From Azolla caroliniana (lineage: Eukaryota > Plantae > Polypodiophyta): a stretch of DNA of 64,000 bases. The notes below the pieces were generated by a model that saw only the letters and a list, made by a program, of their open reading frames with translations, had not been told where the DNA came from and made no database searches. The position numbers and the translations under genes are program-made. The stretch is taken from assembly GCA_043228905.1 (NCBI GenBank), contig JBHGNT010000010.1, positions 10,540,001 to 10,604,000 on the forward strand, given 5' to 3'. Of this stretch, positions 25,011 to 38,686 are shown one piece after another (position 1 is the first letter of the stretch; each line of letters opens with the position of its first letter).

Positions 25011-28000
25011 TGTGGTTACGAGTGCTAGGTGTGGAAACGTGTATGGATCTGTAGTCGGTACTGGACAGCAAACAACACATACAAAAAATAGAATAGGCGT
25101 GGAGACTTACACAGATGGAGCTCTAATGGAAAACTTCTTATTACTTCGTTCTTTCTTAGACATCCAATAGTCTGCTCGTCATCTGTCATTATAATGTTAG
25201 GTATTCGCTTATATACTAAGCCGTAACTCATTAACGAGTTCACACTAGGATGGATACAATTTGGAAGGAGTCGTCCTTTTATGCCAACAAACTCCCCCGT
25301 AAAAGGACTACTCTTTCTTGCATGTACAAGTGCTTGGGGTTATCTCCCTCGTAAACCTAGATTACAAATTTAACTAGATCTTATGTTACAAGTATGTCAG
25401 CAAGTAGGCGAGTCGGCAGAGTTATAGTATGAGTGTCGGTCAACTCTTACCTTCTGCTCCTTGTTCGGCTTTCTTTTGCTCGGTCGCTTGTCGTAGCCCC
25501 ATCTTCATCCTTAGTGTTCTAAAGCGTTGATCTGGGAGTGGCTTTGTCAGGCAATCGGCGATGTTCACCTCGGTGTTTAACTTCGAGTTTCTTCTCGGTC
25601 ACAAGCTCCCGGATATGATGATACCGCACCTCAATGTGCTTCGTCTCCGCATGGTAGACGAGATTGTTGATGAGATGTATTGCGCTCTGTGAGTCGCAAT
25701 AGATAGTCAGCGCTGGTTGGTCTATCCGGTTTGCATTTCCGAAGTCGGCAGTCAGTCAGTGCAGCCAGATCGCTTCCTTCACTGATTCCGATGCTGCTAT
25801 ATACTCGGCTTCTGTGGTAGACAGAGCCATGCACTCTTGAATTTTCGACCTCCATGATATCACACCGCCACCATAGGTGAAAATGTAGCCTGATGTCGAT
25901 TTCCGTTTGTCCGTGTTCCCAGCATAGTCGGAGTCGGTGTAGCTTTCGATTTCGGCTGAGATTGTCAATCCGAAAATCAGCTGTGCATCTGTGGTTCCTT
26001 TTAGATACCTAAGGATGTGCTTGACGGCCTCCCAGTGCTTCTTTCCTGGGTTTGATATGTACCGACTGACCACCCCTACGACATAGGCTAGGTCGGGTTG
26101 GGTCGCCACCATTGCGTACATGATACTTCCTACTACCGATGCGTAGGGTATCTTTCCATTAAGCTCTCTCTCCTTGTCCGTTGCAGGAGAGTCTCTATCC
26201 GATAGTCTAATTGATGTCGGATGCGATGTTGGTGCTGGCTTCGAGTTCTCCATGTTCAAGCGCTTTAGCACCTTGCGGATGTATTCGGACTAGGAGAGTC
26301 GGAGAGTTTTGGTCGTCCGATTTCGCTCTATCCTCATTCCTAGTATGTGTCGGGGTTGTCCGAGTTCCTTCATCGCAAACTTTGCGTGAAGGCTCCGCTT
26401 CAACTTATCGATCTCTGCTTGATTCCTCCTTGCAATCAACATGTCATCGACGTATAGGATTAGATAGATCCTTGATTCGTCGACTAGTTGCCGAGCATAC
26501 ATGCATGGGTTGGAGTCTGATCTGTTGTATCCAAGCTGTCGTATGTAGGAGTCAAAATTCTGGTACCACATTCTCAATGCTTGTTTTAGGCCATATAGAC
26601 TTTTCTTTAGTCGACATACGAGGTGACTGTCCTCCCCCGTTGCCGTGAAGCCTGCCGGTGAGACACGTATATGTCTTTTTCCAGATCTCCGTGTAGGAAT
26701 GTCATCTTTACGTCCATCTGCTCGAGCTCTAGATCTTTTGTCACCACGACTCCTAGTAGGAGTCGGAGGGTGGTCATCTTGACTACTGGTGAGAATATCT
26801 CATCGTAGTCGACCCCGTATTCCTGTTTGAATCCTTTCGCGACAAGCCAAGCTTTGTACTTGGGTTTCCTTGAGTCGGATACATACTTGTATCGGAACAC
26901 CCATTTGCAAGGTAGCGGCTTTCTTCCTGCTGGTAGTTCGACCAGCTCCCATGTTTGATTCTAATGAATCGAGTCCATTTCGGATTTCATGGCCTCCAGC
27001 CATGTTTCGGTGTCCGGTGCGGCCATAGCTTCGTCATACGTGCGTGGTTGCCTGCATCCGTGCAGTGGACATAGTCGAGGCCTGGTTGATAAAACTCTGT
27101 TTGCCTTCGAGCGCGTCCAGATCTCCTGGGTGCCGTAATATCTGGTTCGGATTGACGATCAGTATTTGTTGAACTAGTTATGTCGGGAGTCTTGTTAGGT
27201 GTCCCGCCCTCGATTTGGGATTGCGACGGTGTTTGGTTATTCTCCCCTGTGGTTGTTATCGACTTGATTCTAACTGGCCTCTTAGCGACTTTGCCTTTGT
27301 CGACTCTTGTCGATTCGGCTGTGTCTTTGATTGCTTGGTCTTTGAGTTCGACGTTAGGACTTGTTGCCGATTCGGTGTCGGTAGGGAAGTTGGCAGTTTG
27401 TTGGAGTTCGACTGTTTGTCGAGTCTCCGATTCGGCCCGTTGGGTCAGTCCTTCTATGACAATGCTATCATCTTTGAAGGATGCCTTCTTACCAACTGTT
27501 TTCTGTTGGATCCGCTGAGAGAAGATAGAGTCTTCATTGAAGACTATGTCGCTGCTCCGGATCAATTTCCGGTTCTCAAGGTCCCATAGCCGGTAGCCGT
27601 AGTCCCCATCGGTTCCATAACCGAGAATATGCACTTTGTTGCATGGGGTGCCAACTTCATCCTTTTGTCCCTGGGGATGAACGCGTAGGCTTTGCATCCG
27701 AATATACGGAGCCTATTGTAGTTCGGTTGTTTGCCTGACCATAGTGCATGTGGTACTTTGAGCCTGATTGCTCTTGACGACGCTAGATTTATCAGGTATA
27801 GTGCTGTCTGCAATGCCTCAACCCAGAATTCCAGCTTTAGTCTGGCTTGTTGGAGCATTGCCGTCAACCTCTCCTGGATCGTTCGGTTGATCCGTTCAGC
27901 CACCCCATTCTGCATGGGTGTGTAAGGAATGGTCTTTTGATGCCGAATCCCTTTTTCGGACAGGTATTGTTTGAAGGCTCTAGAGGTATACTCACCCCCG

Positions 28001-30062
28001 TTGTCGGATCAGAGTGTCTTCACTCTGTGTCTTGACCGGTTCTCCACTTCAGATATCCATCGAGTGAAGACCTCGAGCGCTTCATCTTTGGACTTGATGG
28101 AGTATGCCCAAACTTTCCGTGTACAGTCATCTATGAATGTGATGAAGTACCGGGAGCCTCCTAGTGATCGCTCTGGCATGGGCCCACATATGTCCGTGTG
28201 CACGAGCTCTAGGGGTTGTTGTACCATCTCGTAGTGGAGAGAGTGCGGACTTCGGGTATGTTTCCCATACCGATAGTGCTCGCAGAAGTTCGTCCTTTCG
28301 TGAAGTTTCGGGATGTAGTCGACCGACATCAACCGATCAAGTCTGGCTTGAGACATGTGGCCAAGTCGGCCATGCCATAAGTTTGGGTCGGTTTTCTTGG
28401 CTACGTTCACGGCCCCTTCAAGGTTGATCACCATCAATGGGTATAGATTATTATACTTATGCCCACTACTGATTTTGAGGTTTCCTCGGCTGATCACCCA
28501 TGTCGACACGTGTAGAGTTGTTCGATACCCGTCTTCGGCTAACATGCCGATGGAGACTAGACTCCTCTTTAGATCGGGTACGTGCTGAACTCGGTGCAAG
28601 GTTATTGTATTGCCATTTGGAAATTTGATGGGAACCTCCCTAGTTTCGGCTATCTTGCACTCTTGCCCATTTCCCAGTCGGATTGTGCCACTGGTGTCGG
28701 CTGAATAGTTCGAGAACCATTCAACGTTGGGGGCACGTGAAATGTGGCACCAGAGTCTAGTAGCCACATGTGTGCAACTTGTGCACTGTAGAGGACTTCT
28801 TCGATCATCAAATCCTCTAGGGAGAGGATTTCTCCGGATCAGGTGTCGGCAACATTGATCTGGTTGCCGACTGGAGAGTGGTTCGAGTCGAAACGTCCCC
28901 GATTCTGCTCGGAAACATTGTGGCTAGCTTTCTTGTAGTGTGTGCAGTACTCACTTGTTCGGCCCGTTCTCAACTTCGACTGCTATTGGTCCCCCCTTGT
29001 TTTCGATTAGCTATAGCGACGACCGATTCTATCGGCTTGTTCTTTCGTTCAACTCTATCAGTTGAACGACTCGGTCGAGTGATGGGCTTTTGCTGACTCA
29101 TCGATGCTTAGTCCCATCAATTTTCTCCTGATGTCCTCTGTGAGACTTGGTTGGTTGTTTCGTCCATATTTAGGATCGGTTGGCTATTGGCGTAAGTTGT
29201 ACAGAATACCCCCATACTTGCCGGCAAGCTCGATAGGAGGGCAAGGGCTTTCAATTCTTCTTCGAAGTTGATCCCTTGTGACGAGAGCTCTGACAACACC
29301 CAGCTAAAGGTGTTGATGTGGGAGGTTGTTGGATCATTCTCTTTCATCTTCATGTTGAACAATTGTTTGATCAAGATTAGTTTCGAAGATGAGGACTTCT
29401 TCTCATAGACGGCTTGTAGCTTCTCCCACAATGAGAACACTGTCATCTCTTTCGTCATGTTGAAATAGACGTTTTCGGCCAGATTCATTCAGATGGTGGA
29501 GCGTGTGATTTCGTCCGTTGATCTCCACTCCTCGGCTGTCATTGAAGCAGGTTTTTCGCTGTGCTGAATGGCTTCGACCTATCTTCGAATGATCAACACA
29601 TCCTACATCATCTCCTTCCACAAGGAAAAGTTTTTGCCGTTGAAATTTTTGATTTCAACTTCTGTTCCGAATGTTGAAGCCATATTCTGTTTGTGAACTT
29701 GAGATTTCTGACCTGGTCTTTTCTTTCAGCTTCTTCTGTTGTCTGTTGCCGCCGAACAACAAAATTTCGGCTCTGATACCAGTTGTGGTTACAAGTGCTA
29801 GGTGCGGAAACGTGTATGGATCTATAGTCGGTACTAGACAACAAACAACACATACAGAAAATAGAATAAGCGTGGAGACTTACATAGATGGAGCTTTAAT
29901 GGAAAGCTTCTTATTAATTCGTTCTTTCTCAGAGATACAATAGTCAGCTCGTCATCTATCATTACAGTGTTAGGTATTCGCTTATTTACTAAGCCCTAAC
30001 TTATTAACGAGTTCGCACTAGGACGGATACAAATTAGAAGGAGTCGACCTTTTATGGCAACA
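25011..30062 (-). mobile_element. Ty1/copia element D (two LTRs, degenerate)
   Basis: 279-bp LTRs at 29784-30062 (5') and 25011-25289 (3'); PBS reverse complement GCTCTGATACCA 29770-29781; PPT reverse complement AACTCCCCC at 25290; TSD GAGAT/AAGAT; gag, INT, RT and RH fragments on the minus strand. Confidence 0.95.
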
Positions 30063-33000
30063 AAGATAGTTCTGGGTGCTTGCAACTGGGGATAATAATC
30101 AGAAGGCAAGACTTTGCATTGCAATAAATGACATTTGGTGGTCTGCTTTCTTACATTACGGATTCTTGACTTGTGGTAGAGGTCATTATGTAATTCTACA
30201 AATTGGTTTGAAAAAATGGGGATTGTTGAATATATATGCACCGAATCATACTAAAGATAGAACGATAGTTTGGAAGAGCCTAATGGCACAATTACCAGTT
30301 ATTGACCACTGGGCAATTACGGGATGGGTGTGATAGGTTAGGAGGCACATCACAAACAATATCTGGTTTAGAACTATATGAATGGGAACGTTTAATTTTT
30401 TCTTTAGGTTTATTGGACTTGTGGCATGTGTCTTCTTTTGCAAGGATACAAGATTCCTTAGAGTATTTAAGATCAGATAGAAGACAGTCACATGCAAATT
30501 TATCTAGGTTAGATAGATTCTATGCTGATAAGTTTTTATGGGACAAAGGAGGTTTCATTGGAATCATACCTTCATTTTCCTTTTATGATCATGCACTTGC
30601 GGGAGCATTATAAGAACTCAAGGTTTAGAATTCCGAATCATGTGTTTCTTAGCCCAGATTGTTCTCCTACTGTGCATAATATTTGGAATAAGTATGACTA
30701 CTCCTGTGATTATGCATTATCTAGTGTCCAGAAGGCTATTAGTGAAACACACCAATTTTTTAATGGTAAGGCTAAACAAGTATTTTATGCGTCTTTAACT
30801 AAAATAGGTAGGCTTCGTAGGGGATTGAAATCCCTGCAACATTTGCAAGAGAGAAGACCATATTCGAGTTATATAAGTTCTTGAGTGGTACAAGTAGGGA
30901 ATCAAATATTGGACTTAGAAAAGATTTCTATTGATTTCAATTATCACAATATATCACCCACATGGGTAGAATCGGGTGATAAAGTCAATAAGTTGTTCTT
31001 TGCAGTGCATTATCATCATAAGTCATTGGCTAGGATTTCTAGATTAAAATGTCTTGATGGCTCCTATACCACTCATCCTAGTCAGATGCGACAAATAGCC
31101 TCTGATTATTATGAAGCTTTGTTAAAAGCTAGACCCTTTTCTGAGGCTGATCTAGTTAAGAGGGACATCATATGGTCTAGGATTCATAATAGGGTTTCTA
31201 TACAACTTTTAGGTTTTCTTTTGCAACCATTAAGTTCTTAAGAGGTTTTTAAAGTAGTAAAAGCCCTTGCAAAGGATGTTTGTCTTGGTTTGGATGGGCT
31301 GGGAGTTCAATGGTATATCCAGTATTGGGATTTGATAGGTGATGGACTGACCAAAGCCTATCAACAGATTTTAGATTCTGGAAATATGCCACAAGAATTG
31401 AAGGAGGATTTAATCTATATGATTCTTCAAACAAGTGGACAATTAGAAGAGGTTAGCCATTGCGGACCAATCACCTTGTTAAATGTTATTTATAAGATAG
31501 TAGCAAGAACGATAGCTAGACGGTTACAATCTTATCTTTCAGAGTTGATTCATGATATCGAGACTAGTTTTTTGCAAGAGCGAAGTATCTTTGATAATAT
31601 TATTCTCTTTGGGGACATGGTGACCTTCGTTGAAGTTCAGACGCAAGATCTATCAATGTTATTTCTTGATTTTGAAAAAGCTTACGACATAGTGGATTGG
31701 GATTTTATGGAGGGAACACTCTTCAAGATGGGTGTCCCAAGTAGATGGATACGAGGAGTTTCAACATTATATCGTAATGCAAATAGTGAACTCTCTTATT
31801 TGCAAGGGACATTGGTGGGCGATTTTCTATTTCATGATCTGTACGGCAGGGATGTCCACTTGCTCCTTTCCTGTTTTTGCTAGTATCGGAAGCATTTTCT
31901 GTACATTTAAATTCCCAATATGTAAATATTAAAGTTTTAGCACTACCAATGGCAAATGCTCGTGTGGATAATTTGTTACAGGTGCAAGAGGCCATGGATG
32001 ATATCTTAGATGCATCGGGTGCATTGATAAATTGGGATAAATCATCAGGTTTTTGGGTCGCTTTGGGATGTCCGCCAATTAATGTACCTTCCTTAGGATT
32101 CACATGGATACCTCAAGGTCAGTTTATTAGGTATCTAGGTTGTCGAGTAGGTGTGGGATTAAAGACAAAAGCTATGATTGCGCCCTTATTGTTAAGATTA
32201 AGGAATAAATTAGTATATTGGAATAAAGAAAAATTATGCTTAGTTGGACAGGTAGTTGTAGCTAATTCAGTGCTTCTGTCCTCGATTTGGTATATAGCAT
32301 CTACATGGTTGTTTTCTAGGTCAATAATGTTGAAAGTTCAACGTTTAGTACAAAATTTTATTTGGGGGAACAATAGGTCAGACAATTCTGTAGCAAAGGT
32401 AGATTGTTTTGTTGTGATACAATCTAAACAAAAAGGAGGTTTAGGTTTGATTGATCCATTTATGCAAAGCAAAGCTTTACTTACTAAACATGTTGTTAGG
32501 AGTTTATTGCCAGGATAGGAGTCATGGAAAAAGTTATCGATTCAGCATTTACAGAAGATCAAGCCTTCAATAGGTGGTCAATGGAAGGATAGTCTTAGAT
32601 GGTTCTATAATGCAGATTTTCAGCTACCTAAGTCCAATGATGGATCGTTACCTTTCTTCAATGGAATTTTTCGGGCATGGGAAAATCTTTGGCAACCACT
32701 TGTTTTCTTGCCACTGAAAAGTGATCATCAATTTATGCGTCGACCATTGATATGGAATCCTTTATTTACTGATGAAGCTGCATGTGTTCTGGGTTTACGA
32801 CCTAGGTTATCATGGACAGTGGACGAGCTCGTACGGTTGCGGATTGGATAAAGTTTATGTAGTCTTCTGCGCAGGATCAAAGGAATAGGTTATCTAACAT
32901 AAGAGGGGCTAAGATCATGTTATCACAATTTTCCACGGTGTATTACGTCACAGTGCCAACATTGCAATTCGATCATTTTCAGAGTTGGTACGGTATGTTC

Positions 33001-33931
33001 TTGGCACTCAATATACTCATAGGAGTTCGATTATATCATCAAAATGGCAACCTCTATTTTTATGAAGTTTTGGACAATGGTACATGTTGGGAGACAGGTC
33101 CCTCCGGATGGGAAGGGAGAAGAACAGTGTTGATGAACAAACTCGGCCGAGGTCGAAACCGTATGAGGAGGACCCGGCTACGGAGAGCCAGATGTTGCAG
33201 ACCCGGTATGAACCGGATGAGGAGTATCCGGCTATGGAGAGACGAATGTTGCAGACCCGGTATGAACTGGATGAGGAGTACCCGGCTACGGAGAGCTGGA
33301 TGGTGCAGACCCGGTATGAACCGGATGAGGAGTACCCGGCTACGGAGAGCCGAATGTTGCAGACTCGGTATGAACCGGATGAGGAGTACCTGGCTACGGA
33401 GAACCGGATGGTATAGACCCGGTGAGAACCGGATGAAGAGACATATTCGTAAATATGTTTCTGAGAGTCCATCGAGGCTATATTTGTAAATAGCCGAAAA
33501 GTCATATTAGTATAAATATGACTTAGGGCAAACTTTTAGTCAGTAGTGGTTGTCATTCTTGTTGGTGCAAGAATAGAGTGAGTGCGTAACAGTGTACAGA
33601 GAGAGAGAGAGAGACAGAAAGAGGCTGTTGCCTCTGTTGTAACCGCCGCCTGTGGCGAAGATAGTGAGCACGAGGTCGTTGCCTCCGTGAACTCACTGCT
33701 GTACATACTAACCTAGTGATAGTTTGTTGCCTGTGGGCTGCCGTGGTTTTTCCCTCTTTGGGTTTTCCACGTAAACATCCTGCGTACTCTTCTCTTCCAT
33801 TGTGTCGCTTTTATTATTATTTATTTCCCGGTTTTTCTGTGTATGATTCTAAGCTCGGTTGTGGCCGAGCGTTGTGTATAAAGAGCGTTTGAGTTCTCGT
33901 CAAGTGGTATCAAAGAAAAACAACACAGAAA

Positions 33932-36900
33932 ATGGACGAATCGTTTGGCGGCATGTTCAAGCTCACCGGCTCCAACTATTCGGTATGGAAGTCGAAGATG
34001 AGGGACATGCTCGTGGTTAAAGATCTTTGGTTGCTGGTTCAGTTTGGGGACAAGAGACCGGACAAAATCGACGCCACGATATGGGAGGTGATGCACATGA
34101 AGAAAATGGCTTACATACGGTGCTTCATCGACATGAGCCTATACAATAACTTCAATGAAGAGAGCAAGGCTCATGAGCTTTGGGAGAAGATCGACATTAT
34201 GTTTCGAAACAAAAATGTTGTTAATCAGGTTTCAGTGTTCCGGAAGCTAGTAAGACTTCGGTACCAAGATGGCTCCAGCATGGCGGAGCACATGAATGCC
34301 TTCCAGGGGCTGATCCACCAGGCAACTTCATTGGAAGTACCTCTCGCCGATGAGGTACTTGCGCTACTCCTGCTCGGTTCCCTCCCTGACAGCTGGGAGA
34401 CGTTGGTTGTCACTTTGGGCAACGCTGGGCCGGAAGGAAAGTGGTTATCCCTAGCAAGAGTAAAGTGGAGCTTGCTAGATGAGGAGGCGCGTCGGAAAGA
34501 TAAAGATACGAGCTCCGACTCCAAAGCACTCCTTACCGAATCGGAACGCGGAAGACATAGAAACCGTAGTCCCCAGAACCGGGAGAAGTCGGGGACACGG
34601 TCAAAGTCAAGGGGGAGGCCCACTTGCTTCTATTGCGGCAAGCCGGGATACTTCCAAAAGAACTGTCGGCATTTCCAAAAAGATAAGGAGACTGACAGTA
34701 CCGATTCGAAGCGGACCCCGGACTGGAACGGTAAAGACCGGAGGGGGCTGGACCGGAAGGGAACGACGGAAATTGCGGCAAGTGAAGAGGAGTTGATGCT
34801 CATCACCGAGGAGAGTGAGATAAACCTTGCCGGCGACGAGATGACCTGGGTGGTAGCCTCCGGAGCGTCGTTCCACCTTACCCCGGACCGGAAATGCTTC
34901 TCATCCTACTCAGCCGGTGATCACGGCTGTGTCCGGATGGGGAATGAAGGTACATGCCGAATTGTCGGCATAGGAGACGTGTGGCTGTCGACACCAACCG
35001 GATGCAAGTTGCTGCTGAGGGATGTCCGACACGTTACGGAGTTCGATTGAACCTGATATCAGCCGGTCGGCTAGATGATGAGGGCTACACGGGTAGCATC
35101 CGGAACGGTGTCATGAAGTTCAGCAAAGGGAGCCTGATTGTGGCTCGGGCCCGGAAGGTAAACACACTGTACCTGATGAATGCCCGGTTATGCTCGGAAG
35201 AAGTGAACGTGGCTTCCGACACTACCGGTGAGCTGTGGCACAATAGGCCGTGTCATATGAGCGTGAAGGGGATGAAGAGGCTTGTAGACGACAACCTCAT
35301 TCCAGTGAAGAACGTGCAGTGATTGTCTGGCCGGTAAGCAGAACCGGACCTCTTTCCGACCAAGGCCACCGATGAGATGTAATGCACCACTGGAGTTGGT
35401 GCATATGGATGTGTGTCAAGTAGACACGAAGTCACATGCCGGAGCGCAATACTTCGTGACGTTCATAGATGACCACAACCGGAAGCTGTGGGCCACACCG
35501 TTGAAGATGAAGGATCAGGTGTTATCCGTCTTCAAAGAGCTCCACGCGAGAATGGAAAGAGAAACCGGCCGGAAGCTGAAGGCGGTTCGAGCAGATAACG
35601 GAGGAGAATACCAGGGGTAGTTCGAGGAGTACTGTCGCTCGAAAGGAATCCGGCTCGAATTTACCGTGCCGAAGATGCCGGAACTAAACGGACTGGCCGA
35701 GAGGATGAACCAGAACATAATGGAGAGGGTCCAGAGTATGTTAGCGCATGCAAAACTCCCCAAGAAGTTTCGGGCTGAGGCACTGTCGATGACGACATAT
35801 GTGATAAATAGAACACCCTCAGTACCCTTGGACGGAGACACGCCACAGAGAGTGTGGACCGGTAAGGAAGTATCCTACCGGCATCTGAAGGTGTTCGGGT
35901 GTCTCACGTACGTGCATGTAGCTAAGGACCGGAGAGGAAAGTTAGATCCAAAGACCTGACCATGCATATTCCTCGGTTACGGTGACGATGAGTTCGGCTA
36001 CCGAGTGTGGGATCTCGTCGACAAGAAGGTATTCCGGAGTCGAGATATTATCTTCATGGAGAACAAGACGCTCGCCGACTGGGAGTCGGAGAAGAAGATA
36101 ATGAACTCCGAGTCGACCGGTAAGGATCGACTCTACGATGAGCAGACCCAACCGGCAAGAGACTGACGGGAACTCAAGGCTCCTTATGTCCAACGCTCGG
36201 CCACAACCGAGATTCTTTACTTACACAGAAAACGGGAAATAAAACAGGACAAGAAGAGGGAAAGAATACACAGGAGGTTGACGTGGAAAACCCCAAAACT
36301 AGGGGAAAAACCACGGCAGCCCACAGGCTGCAAACTGTCACTATGTGGGAATATACAACCGTGAGTTCACTGAGGCACCGACCTCGTGCTCACAAATCTT
36401 CGCCACAGGCTGCGGTTACAACAGAGGCAACGACCTCTTTCTCTCTCTCTCTCTCTCTCTCTCTGTAGAGTTAAGCACACTAATCTCGTGTAATACAGAA
36501 AAATGACAACAACACATAAAGTTTGCCCTAAGTCATATTTATACTAATATGACTTTTCGGCTATTCACAAATGTAGCCTCGATGGGCTCTTAGAAACATA
36601 TTTACGAATATGTCTCTTCCTCCAGTTCACACCGGGCCTGCACCATCCGGCTCTCCGTAGCCGGGTACTCCTCATCCGGTTCACACCGGGCCTGCACCAT
36701 CCGGCTCTCCGTAGCTGGGTACTCCTCATCCGGTTCTCACTGGGCCTGCACCATCCGGCTCTCCGTAGCCGGGTACTCCTCATCCGGTTCACACCGGGTC
36801 TGTATCATCCGGCTCTCCGTAGCCAGGTACTCCTCATCCGGTCTTCACCGGGTCTGCATCATCCGGCTCTCACTGATCTTCTCCCTTCCCATCCGGAGGG

Positions 36901-38686
36901 ACCTGTCTCCCAACAGAGACCGGTTAGCACTCGAGGGACCAGCCGGTTACGGTGAGGATACCGAACAGGCTGAAGAAGAAGTAGAGGAAGTTGAAACCAG
37001 AACCGACCAAGACCCCAAATCGGATTTGGATGAAGAGCAGATGGATGAGCTGGTCACCGAAGCCCAGAGACGGAGATATCCCCTCAGAGAGAGAAGGGCC
37101 CCCCGGAGATTTCCGGATGCAGAGCATGTTCTGCTGACCGATGAGGGGGAGCCGGAAAGCTTCGAAGAAGCGAAGGAAGACACCCATAGCCGAAAATGGT
37201 TAAGTGCCATGCAGGATGAGATGGATTCCCTACATGAGAACCATATGTACGAGTTGGTGGAGTTGCCGAAAGGAAAGCGGGCACTCCGAAACAAGTGGGT
37301 GTACAAGTTGAAACTGGGAGATGCCGGCAACCCCCCGAGATACAAAGCCAGGATCGTGGGGAAGGGGTTCCAACAGAAGAAGGGCATGGACTTCGACGAG
37401 ATATTTGCCCCGGTATAGCGGCAAGCATGGACCTCGAGGTATAGGAACTAGACGTGAAGACGACATTCCTTCACGGTGACCTCGAAGAGGAGATCTACAT
37501 GCAGCAACCGGAAGGATTCGTGGAGAAAGGGAAGGAGCACCTAGTTTGCCGGCTGAAGAAGAGCCTCTACGGGTTAAAGCAAGCCCCCCGGAAATGGTAT
37601 CGGAAGTTCGACTCCTTCATGACCGATCAAGGGTACCACAAGACGCAGGCCGATCACTGCGTTTTTGTGAAGAAGTTGGAAGGAGGCGACTTCCTGATAC
37701 TCCTTCTGTATGTGGACGACATGTTGATCGTCGGACGGGACCAAGTCAAAATACGGATGCTAATGAAGGCTCTCAACCGGACCTTCTCAATGAAAGACTT
37801 GGGTCCGGCAAGACAGATGTTGGGGATGCACATCATTCGGGACCGGTCAGCGAAGCAATTATGGTTGTCACAGGAGAAGTACATGACAAAGGTGCTTCAC
37901 CGGTTCAACATGTCAGATGCGAAACCGGTCGGATCGACACTTCCGGCAAACTGCAAGCTATCCGGTAAGCAAAGCCCGAAGACGAAAGTAGAGAAGGTGG
38001 ATATGATGAAGATTCTATATGCCTCTACCGTCGGGAGCTTGATGTACGCAATGGTGTGTACCCGACCGGATATAGGATACGCAGTCGGAGTGGTGAGCCG
38101 GTTTATGAGCAATCCCGGCAAGGAGCACTGGAACGTGGTCAAATGGATACTCCGGTATTTGAAGGGCACTTCAAATATGTGTCTCCGATTCGCCTCCGGA
38201 AAACCTCAACTTGATGGTTTTACCGATTCGGACATGTTGGCTGATGTGGATACCAGCCGGTCTACATCCGGGTATGTAATGACATATGCAGGGGGAGCTG
38301 TTTCGTGGCAGTCGAGGCTGCAGAAGACGGTTGCATTGTCAACCACGGAAGCGGAGTACATGGCGGCTGTGGAAGCCGGCAAGGAAATATTATGGATGAA
38401 GGACTTCATCGGAGAGCTCGGTATCCGGCAAGAGGAATACCGACTCTATTGCGACAGTCAAAGTGCCATCCACCTAACTAAGAATGTGGCCTACCATTCC
38501 TGGACGAAGCATATCCAGCGGAGGTATCACTGGATCCGGGAAAGAGTAGATGACTAGGAGTTTGCACTGACGAAGATCCACACGGCCGAGAACGGGTCAG
38601 ATATGCTGACCAAAGTGCTGACACCCGACAAGCTAGACGCATGCCGGAAGAGGATCGGACTGGTATAACACCCCATGCCGGAGTGA
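33932..38686 (+). pseudogene. gag-pol: Copia C gag-pol, disrupted and interrupted by a solo LTR
   Basis: ORF 33932-35050 (gag, CFYCGKPGYFQKNC, protease); INT fragments 35372-36160; RT/RNase H 37026-38557 (LLYVDDML). Confidence 0.93.
36164..36915 (-). mobile_element. Solo LTR of the copia B/C family, antisense inside copia C
   Basis: Reverse complement of the B/C LTR (TGACGGGAACTC...CTCCCAACA); TSD GAGAC on both sides. Confidence 0.95.

Noticed and set aside
11773-33084. Twin-primed (5'-inverted) single L1
   Set aside because: Both arms contain the same RT region with divergent sequence, so they are two elements.
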